Shown: one piece after another, positions 57,381 to 64,000 of the stretch | Numbering within the stretch: the stretch's first letter is position 1 | Layout of the letters: each line of letters starts with the position of its first letter | NCBI GenBank assembly: GCA_965215005.1 | Contig: CBDCCZ010000012.1 | Span: forward strand, 153,763-217,762 | Reading direction: 5' to 3' | DNA: 64,000 nucleotides | Origin: Kofleriaceae bacterium | GTDB taxonomy: Bacteria > Myxococcota_A > Polyangia > Haliangiales > Haliangiaceae | Position numbers and translations under genes: made by a program | The notes under the pieces: model-generated | Told to the model about the DNA's origin: nothing | The model's database searches: none | What the model saw: the letters and a program-made list of their open reading frames with translations, nothing else

Positions 57381-58120
57381 TCCTCGCCGCCCATCAACCC
57401 GCGTTTCTGCCGTGGCTCGGCTATCTCCACAAGATGGCCATCGCCGACGTCTTCGTGGTCATGGATGACCTGCAATACGAAGCGCAGAACTTCCAAAACC
57501 GCAACCGCGTCAAGCTCAACAGCGGCGCGGGCTGGCTCACGGTGCCCGTCGAGCGTGGCTCGCAGAGCGACTCGATTCTGCAAAAACGCATTCAAAACGG
57601 CGGCAATCCAAAGCAACACTGGCAACGTCGCGCGTGGATCACTCTCAAGACGCACTACGGCCGCGCAAGCTACTTCTCCGACTATGCAGAGGAGCTCGAG
57701 GACGTATTCACCCGCCCTTGGAACAGCCTGTTCGAGCTCGACTGGCACATGCTCACCCTGGCGCGCCGCTGGCTCGGCATCACCACGCCGGTTCTTCGAT
57801 CTTCGGAGCTCGCACTCATCGGGCAACGCAGCGAACGCATCGTCGACATGTGTCGCAAGGTGGGCGCTCATAGCTATCTCTCTGGCAGCGGCGGCTCATC
57901 CGGCTACCTCGAGCTCGAAGCATTTGCCGAAGCCGGCCTTGCGGTCGCATGGCAGCAGTTCCGTCATCCGCTACATCAACAGCGTTATCCAGAGCTCGGC
58001 TTCATCTCGCATCTGGGCTTCATCGATTTGCTCTGCAACTGCGGGCCCCAGAGCCGCGACATCTTGTTTGCCACCGCAGCGCCCCGCGCCACGACTCAAC
58101 ACCTGGAGGCCAGCTCGTGA
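57377..58120 (+). CDS. WbqC-like family protein
   Basis: HQPAFLPWLGY...D.FVVMDDLQY...QNRN; WLTVPV; YLSG. Confidence 0.9.
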   Translation: MILAAHQPAFLPWLGYLHKMAIADVFVVMDDLQYEAQNFQNRNRVKLNSGAGWLTVPVERGSQSDSILQKRIQNGGNPKQHWQRRAWITLKTHYGRASYFSDYAEELEDVFTRPWNSLFELDWHMLTLARRWLGITTPVLRSSELALIGQRSERIVDMCRKVGAHSYLSGSGGSSGYLELEAFAEAGLAVAWQQFRHPLHQQRYPELGFISHLGFIDLLCNCGPQSRDILFATAAPRATTQHLEASS

Positions 58121-58749
58121 ATCGAATCTTGGAAGAGAAAGGCGGCCGGGTGTTGGCATTCGGCGCCCACCCCGATGATCTCGAGGTCGGCGCCGGTGGG
58201 TTGCTAGCGCGTTTGTCCGATGAAGGCGCCGAGGTCACGATGGCCATCGTCTCGGTCCCTAGCGACAGCAAATCGCGAGCCGACGAGGCGCGCGCCAGCG
58301 CCGACATCCTCGGCGCAGACGACCTGTTCATCCTCTTTGAGGAGAAGCAGTGTCGGGTAGAGGATATTCCGATGCACGAGTTGGTCCGCCGCTTCGACCA
58401 AATCGTTGCCGACGTGCGCCCCGATCTCGTCATCACTCACTCGGCCCACGATCTCCATTGGGATCACGGTCTCGTCAACCGCGCGACGGTTTCGTCGCTG
58501 CGGCGCACGCCATGCGACTTGCTGGCATTTCTCTCCAGTCCAGAGATGAACGCTCAGTCGCGCTCCATTGGGCAGTGCTTTGCCGACATCAGCAGCACGA
58601 TGGACCGCAAGATCGCCGCTATCGGCGCGCATCACTCGCAATTATCCAAGCTAGACCTAGAGTCGAGCCGGGACTTGGCGCGCGCGATGGGCCGTATCAG
58701 CGGGTTCGAGTACGCGGAAGCGTATGAGGTGCTTCGGGTGCGCATTTGA
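58117..58749 (+). CDS. PIG-L/LmbE-family de-N-acetylase
   Basis: AHPDDLE, HSAHDLHWDH, HHSQ, YAEAY. Confidence 0.9.
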   Translation: MNRILEEKGGRVLAFGAHPDDLEVGAGGLLARLSDEGAEVTMAIVSVPSDSKSRADEARASADILGADDLFILFEEKQCRVEDIPMHELVRRFDQIVADVRPDLVITHSAHDLHWDHGLVNRATVSSLRRTPCDLLAFLSSPEMNAQSRSIGQCFADISSTMDRKIAAIGAHHSQLSKLDLESSRDLARAMGRISGFEYAEAYEVLRVRI

Positions 58750-58784
58750 GGCACGAGGATGCCTGAGGAGTCAATGGAGTACAT

Positions 58785-58833
58785 GCTCTATGGGACACCC
58801 ACGCCTCGTCCGGCGATGAGTGTCCCATAGAGC
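58785..58833. repeat. Long inverted repeat (14-bp perfect arms) after the GT2 operon
   Basis: GCTCTATGGGACAC...GTGTCCCATAGAGC with further inner CGCC/GGCG pairing. Confidence 0.85.
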
Positions 58834-58891
58834 GCCGCTACTGAGCTGGCAGCTTGCCACGTGGAATCGGGGCAATAGCCGCAGCGCCGCA

Positions 58892-58907
58892 GGGCATGCA
58901 GCTTGCT
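58892..58907 (+). promoter_or_regulatory. Candidate sigma54 promoter
   Basis: GGGCAT-GCAGC-TTGCT, GG-N10-GC spacing. Confidence 0.5.
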
Positions 58908-58988
58908 GAGTCCCAGGGAATGAGTCGACTCCGCCGCGCCTGTCGGTACCTGTGCTACTCGAACGTGGACCTCTCTTTCGCGTCATCG

Positions 58989-60659
58989 ATGCGGCTTCTT
59001 GTGCTCAGCATGCTCGCCGCCGCGAGCGGTTGCGACGGTGTCATCGTGAGCCCGGGCGGCGGTGAGGGAGACAGTCCTGCGGGAGAAACACCACCGGCGC
59101 TGGTCAATGCGTATGCGCCCGCCCGCGTGCGGCGCCTGAACTTCGATGAAATACAGCGCTCAGCGCGAGACATCTTTCTGGCCAACGTCGCGTCTCCGTC
59201 GCCCTTGCCGGCATCCCTCACCATCCCCGGTGAGAAAGTTCCCCACCAGTTCGACACTCAGTATGACCGTATGACCGTCTCAACAGCGGTCGCGGAGGCT
59301 CTGCAACAGTATGCGGAGTGGGTCGCCGTCAATACCGCGGCAAATCTCGACTCGGTGCTCCCTTGCGAGTGGGATACCGCGGAAGCGAGTTGCGTCCGCG
59401 ACTTCATCGAGACGTATGGCTACCGAACCTGGCGCCGGCCATTAGAAGCAGCCGAAATCACCATGCTGGAAGACCTCCACGCGACGTTGCGCGGCGCGGA
59501 AGGCGCGGGGGTGGAGCTGGGTATTCAGGGCGTCGTCGAAGCGCTCCTGCAAGCGCCTAGCTTCCTGTTTCGCACTGAGCTCGGCGAGGCATCGGCGTCG
59601 GGCTCAGAGGAGCCGTTCGTCGTGCTCACGCCTTACGAGACGGCGACGGCCATGGCGTACTTCCTGTGGCGCTCAGCGCCGGACGACGAGCTTCTGGCCG
59701 CGGCGGAGGAGTTGGCTACCGCCGAAGGACGAAGGAAGCACGCGCGGCGCATGCTAGAGGATCCGCGGACAAGAGCAAGCATTCGGTCGTTCGTGACGCA
59801 GTGGCTCGAGGTCGACGGTCTAGGCGATCTGCTGCTCAGTCAGGAGCAATATCCCGAGTGGGATCCGTCGATGAATGGCGCCCTGCTGCAGGAGATCGAG
59901 CGATTTGCCGATACCATTGTTTTGTCTGGGAAGGGCTATGAGGGGCTCCTCACCGCCCCGTCCACGATTGCGAACCAGACCATCGCCAGGCTCTACGGCG
60001 TCGAAGCAGCGTCCGGGACTGACTGGGCGCCTCTAGAGCTCGACCCGATGCAGCGCAGCGGCGTCCTCACCCAACCCGGATTTCTCGCTTCGCACTCGCC
60101 CCCGGCCGATTTCTCACCCATCTTCTTGGGCCTGTTCGTGCGTACCAAGCTGCTTTGTCAACTCATTCCGGAACCGGCGGACGACATCCCTCAGCTGCCC
60201 ACAGATCCGACCCTGACGGCGCGCGAGCGGTACTCTGCCCATTCCGCTGATGGCGGCTGCCAGGCCTGCCACCGCATGATGGACCCGGTTGGCTTCGGCT
60301 TTGAGCGGTTCGACGCGCTGGCGCAGTGGCGTGCAACTGACAAGGCCGTGGCGCTCACCGGCGCCGGAGAGCTCCTCGGCACCGACGCGGATGGCTCGTT
60401 TACCGATCCGGTGGGGCTCGGTGCGCGGCTCGTCTCCAGCACCGTCGCGCGCGACTGCTTCGTCGGTCAGATGTACTCCTACGCGCTCGGCCGCGGCGTG
60501 GCCATCCCGTCTTCGCGGCTAGAAGTCGACGAGGTGGCGATCGCGCAGGCGATGGAGGATTTCGGCTCCGGCCTGGGCGACGTTCGAGAGCTCATGCTCA
60601 CCGTCGTCGCCAGCGACGCCTTCGTACGCCGCGATCCCAGCAATCTCGAAGCACGCTAA
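58989..60659 (+). CDS. DUF1592/DUF1588/DUF1595-type lipoprotein
   Basis: ASGC lipobox; RRLN, WRRPL, PSFLFR.E, YFLW.SAPD, RSGVLT, CQACH..MDP.GF.FE.FD. Confidence 0.88.
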   Translation: MRLLVLSMLAAASGCDGVIVSPGGGEGDSPAGETPPALVNAYAPARVRRLNFDEIQRSARDIFLANVASPSPLPASLTIPGEKVPHQFDTQYDRMTVSTAVAEALQQYAEWVAVNTAANLDSVLPCEWDTAEASCVRDFIETYGYRTWRRPLEAAEITMLEDLHATLRGAEGAGVELGIQGVVEALLQAPSFLFRTELGEASASGSEEPFVVLTPYETATAMAYFLWRSAPDDELLAAAEELATAEGRRKHARRMLEDPRTRASIRSFVTQWLEVDGLGDLLLSQEQYPEWDPSMNGALLQEIERFADTIVLSGKGYEGLLTAPSTIANQTIARLYGVEAASGTDWAPLELDPMQRSGVLTQPGFLASHSPPADFSPIFLGLFVRTKLLCQLIPEPADDIPQLPTDPTLTARERYSAHSADGGCQACHRMMDPVGFGFERFDALAQWRATDKAVALTGAGELLGTDADGSFTDPVGLGARLVSSTVARDCFVGQMYSYALGRGVAIPSSRLEVDEVAIAQAMEDFGSGLGDVRELMLTVVASDAFVRRDPSNLEAR

Positions 60660-60694
60660 CCGCCCTCGATGCTTCTATCCGAAGGAAAACCGCG

Positions 60695-62113
60695 ATGAGT
60701 GAGAACTACTTGAAGCAGCTCTGCTCTCGACGCAGTGTCTTGCGGAGCTTGGCCCTCGGAGCAGGCGGAGTGGCGTTTGCCGGATCGCTTGGGAAACGAC
60801 GCTCGCGCGGGGGAGCTTGGGCGCAGGCCGCAGATACCGCGACCGCTCCCAAGCGACTGCTAGTGCTCTACAACCCGAACGGCATCCGTTATGAGAATGG
60901 CGGCCGCGACTGGGTCACGTGGGGCACTAGCGAGACCGACTTCGCGCTCAGCGACATCACCCTGCCCCTCAAAGATCTACGTGACCAGCTGGTCTTCTTC
61001 GAGAACCTCTCGTTCGGCATGACCGCCTCTTGGGGAGACACACATCGCGGCGGGCGCAAGGCCGCTCTAACGGCAGCCAAGCTCGTTCAGCGGGATGGTG
61101 AAACCGGCGATTTGGCCCTCGGCAGGCCCTCGGGGCCTTCCATTGATCAATTTCTCGGCCAAGCGCTAGGGCGACGAGTTACACCGAAGTGGCCGTCGTT
61201 GCTCCTCAACCTGCTTGGCTACGGCAGCACCTCAGAGGTTTCGTTCGATGCCAACGGCGCGAGCATCACACCGTACGAAAGCCCGTGGATCGTCTACGAG
61301 AAGATGTTCTCGGAGCTCGTAGATCCATCGGGGACTACTGACCCAGGGCTGCTTCATCGCGTGCTCCGCCGGCAGAGCGTGCTCGACGTGGTCCACCAGG
61401 ATCTCGCTCGTTTTCGCCGACGACTTCCCAGCGAAGACCAGGAGCGCGCCGACGCTCAGCTCGCAGCCATTCGTACGCTCGAGGAGCGGCTGGTCGACTC
61501 CAACGTCCCCGACTCGTGCACGCCCCCGGAGCTGGGCCAACCTCTGGACCCGCGCAAGACCAACACGTATCCACAGCTCCTGCGAGCCACCTCCGACCTC
61601 TGTGTCGCCGCTTTCGCCTGCGACCTCACCCGGTTTGCCGTGATCGAAGCCCGCTCCTCGTTTAGACGCGCTCCATCGGACTTTCCACCGATCAACGGCG
61701 AGCACTACGAGCATCATTACTCGCACGAAGATCCACTGAAGTTTGCGCAGCTCAAAGCCTTCTACATGAACGAAGTGGCCTATATCGCTTCGCGTCTGCA
61801 GGCCATTCCGGAGGGCAACGGCACCATGCTCGACAACACCGTCATCCTCTGGACGACGGAAATCTCTACCGGCCATAGTCACGCGCGAATGCCGTGGATG
61901 ACGGTTGGAGGCCAGAATCTCGGTGTCCGCACCGGTCGAGCGCTGAAGCTGCCAGCATATTACCAAAACCCGGTCGAGGCCCAGAACCGCCGCTATAACG
62001 GCTATCCACATCGGCGACTCCTCGTTTCGCTCATCGAGGCGATGGGTGTCGATGCGACGGGATTCGGTGATCCCATGGTCCCCGGAGAGCCGATGGAAGG
62101 CTTTCGCGCCTGA
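60695..62113 (+). CDS. DUF1552 (HXXSHH)-family Tat-exported protein
   Basis: SRRSVL Tat motif; PKRL...PNG; SIDQ; FACDLTR; HHYSH; TMLDNT. Confidence 0.88.
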   Translation: MSENYLKQLCSRRSVLRSLALGAGGVAFAGSLGKRRSRGGAWAQAADTATAPKRLLVLYNPNGIRYENGGRDWVTWGTSETDFALSDITLPLKDLRDQLVFFENLSFGMTASWGDTHRGGRKAALTAAKLVQRDGETGDLALGRPSGPSIDQFLGQALGRRVTPKWPSLLLNLLGYGSTSEVSFDANGASITPYESPWIVYEKMFSELVDPSGTTDPGLLHRVLRRQSVLDVVHQDLARFRRRLPSEDQERADAQLAAIRTLEERLVDSNVPDSCTPPELGQPLDPRKTNTYPQLLRATSDLCVAAFACDLTRFAVIEARSSFRRAPSDFPPINGEHYEHHYSHEDPLKFAQLKAFYMNEVAYIASRLQAIPEGNGTMLDNTVILWTTEISTGHSHARMPWMTVGGQNLGVRTGRALKLPAYYQNPVEAQNRRYNGYPHRRLLVSLIEAMGVDATGFGDPMVPGEPMEGFRA

Positions 62114-62250
62114 GCCTGTCCCGAGGAGACGGCTGCGGATCCGCAACCGGCGAGCTCTAAACGCTCGGTTCCTGCGACACCGTCACAAATCGCCGCAACC
62201 CCGGGCTGCGTGCTTGGCGCGGCGCGTCAACGAGGCATACTGTAGGACCT

Positions 62251-63912
62251 ATGAGCGCAGACGCCCAGCCGATCTCCCTCGATGAAGTGCGCGCCATCGC
62301 CGCCGCCGCGCAGGCTCTCACCGATACCGCCGTCGCCAGCGCCGCCGAGCTCACGAACGGCGGCAAGAGTATCGATGATCATCAGGTGGTCGTCGAACGC
62401 GTGGCCTATGCGGCCACTGAAGCGCGCGCGGCTGCCGAGCTGGTCGCGATGACAGCGAGCAAGCGGCGGGTGGATGACCAGCTGTTGCGCATCACCGGCG
62501 CTGCCGTTGCTGAGCTAGCGACCTCGGCGCGCGAGCGGCTGTTGCCGGTGCTCGAGGACTTGGGAGTCTCGGAGCAAGACGTTGAGGGCTGCTATCCCGC
62601 GGAGGTGCGAGCGCAGCTGCGTCGCGCCGCGCACGAGAGCTCGCTGCGCGCCATTGGCCGTCAGGTGGCCGAGGAGCGCGGGAGAAATCAGCTCGAGCTC
62701 GACGAGGTGCTCGAGCAGGTGCGCGATAGCGTCCGGCAATTTGCGGACAAGGAAATCGCGCCGCACGCCGAGCATATCCACGTGCACGACGAGCTGGTGC
62801 CGCAGAGCTTCATCGACAAGATGGCTGGGCTTGGTTACTTCGGCTTATCGGTGCCCGAAGAGTACGGCGGCCACGAGATGGGTAACTTGGCGATGATCCT
62901 CACCACCGAGGAGCTCTCGCGTGCTTCGCTGGCCGCGGCTGGCTCATTGATCACGCGCCCGGAAATTCTTGCCAAAGCGCTGCTCGGTGGCGGCACCGAA
63001 GCCCAAAAGCAGCACTGGCTGCCCAAGATCGCCGGCGGCGAGCTGATGGTGGGCATTTCGGTGACGGAGCCCAATGTCGGCAGTGACGTTGCCTCCCTCA
63101 CCTGCCGCGCCGAACGCGCGACCGTTGATGGCGTCGACGGCTGGACGATCACCGGCGCCAAGTCGTGGTGCACCTTTGCCGGTCGCGCCGATATCTTGGC
63201 GCTGCTCGCCCGAACCGACCCGGATCCGAAGAAGGGCGCCAAGGGACTGAGCCTGTTCATCGTGCCCAAAGAAGCGTTCACGGGCCACGAGTTCACCACC
63301 ACCCAACCCGGCGGCGGCAAGCTCGAAGGCAAAGCCGATCGCACGCCGGGATATCGCGGCATGCACTCCTTCACGCTGCATCTCGATCGCTATTTCGTGC
63401 CGGCCGATCACTTGGTAGGCGGCGTCGAGGGCGAAGGCCGCGGCTTCTATTTGCAGATGGCTGGCTTTGCCGCAGGGCGGCTGCAAACCGGCGGCCGCGC
63501 GTGCGGGCTGGCGCAAGCAGCGCTGGAAAAGACCGCCGAATACGTGGTTGAGCGCAGCCAATTCTCGCGCCCGCTGATCGAGTTTCAGCTCACCCAATAC
63601 AAGCTCGGGCAAATGGCCAGCAAGCTCATGGCCGCGCGCGCCATCACCTACGCCGCCGCCGAGGCCATGGACGAAGACGAGCGCGCTGCCTCCACACTCG
63701 CCGCGCAGGCCAAGCTCTACGCGTGCGACGTGGCCGTCGAGGTCACGCAGCTCGGACAGCTCTTGCACGGCGGTTGGGGCTACGCCGAGGAGTACGCGAT
63801 CTCGCGCTACGTCATCGACGCGCTGGTGCTGCCCATCTTCGAAGGCGTCAAGCCGGTGCTCGAGCTCAAGGTCATCGCCCGCGGCCTCCTGGCCCAAACG
63901 GCGCGCGGCTAA
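62251..63912 (+). CDS. Acyl-CoA dehydrogenase with N-terminal extension
   Basis: VPEEYGG, TEPNVGSD, ITGAKSW, RSQFSRPL..FQ, HGGWGY, IFEG. Confidence 0.93.
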   Translation: MSADAQPISLDEVRAIAAAAQALTDTAVASAAELTNGGKSIDDHQVVVERVAYAATEARAAAELVAMTASKRRVDDQLLRITGAAVAELATSARERLLPVLEDLGVSEQDVEGCYPAEVRAQLRRAAHESSLRAIGRQVAEERGRNQLELDEVLEQVRDSVRQFADKEIAPHAEHIHVHDELVPQSFIDKMAGLGYFGLSVPEEYGGHEMGNLAMILTTEELSRASLAAAGSLITRPEILAKALLGGGTEAQKQHWLPKIAGGELMVGISVTEPNVGSDVASLTCRAERATVDGVDGWTITGAKSWCTFAGRADILALLARTDPDPKKGAKGLSLFIVPKEAFTGHEFTTTQPGGGKLEGKADRTPGYRGMHSFTLHLDRYFVPADHLVGGVEGEGRGFYLQMAGFAAGRLQTGGRACGLAQAALEKTAEYVVERSQFSRPLIEFQLTQYKLGQMASKLMAARAITYAAAEAMDEDERAASTLAAQAKLYACDVAVEVTQLGQLLHGGWGYAEEYAISRYVIDALVLPIFEGVKPVLELKVIARGLLAQTARG

Positions 63913-63913
63913 C

Positions 63914-64000
63914 TCAGTGCAAGTGCTTGGCGGCCAGCGCTTCTTCGGCAAGCTCATCGAAGCTCAAGCGCTGGGTACGCACGACCTCCTCGTCGCTGTA
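63914..64000 (-). CDS. 3' end of an unidentified gene entering from the window edge
   Basis: Open frame YSDEEVVRTQRLSFDELAEEALAAKHLH* converging on the ACAD stop. Confidence 0.45.
   Translation of the reverse strand, partial: YSDEEVVRTQRLSFDELAEEALAAKHLH

Overview
GC-rich bacterial DNA, probably Myxococcota (inferred from a PEGA-domain Ser/Thr kinase, a pilR-pilA-pilG-like locus, a DUF1592/DUF1552 pair and many sigma54-type motifs). About 57 CDS are present; I saw no rRNA, tRNA, CRISPR array or transposase. The first ~14.3 kb holds nutrient transporters, an SPFH protein, pilR and a pilin, and carries many single-base insertions that look like assembly errors. The rest of the window reads largely intact. 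The best candidate for an undescribed system is a divergent six-gene locus at 52.5-58.8 kb. One arm encodes a NodC/hyaluronan-synthase-like processive GT2, a WbqC-like protein and a PIG-L de-N-acetylase. The other arm encodes a membrane-fusion-like protein, a TolC-like protein and a lectin-fold lipoprotein. A sigma54 motif inside a palindrome lies between the arms and a long hairpin follows the biosynthetic arm. This suggests synthase-dependent production and export of an N-modified GlcNAc glycan. Also notable: three tandem type IV pilins, an amidohydrolase/ATP-grasp/HAD/GT2 operon, a His-less pseudo-histidine kinase, an orphan GroES and many apparently leaderless genes. All family calls are from motif recognition by eye; no database search was run.
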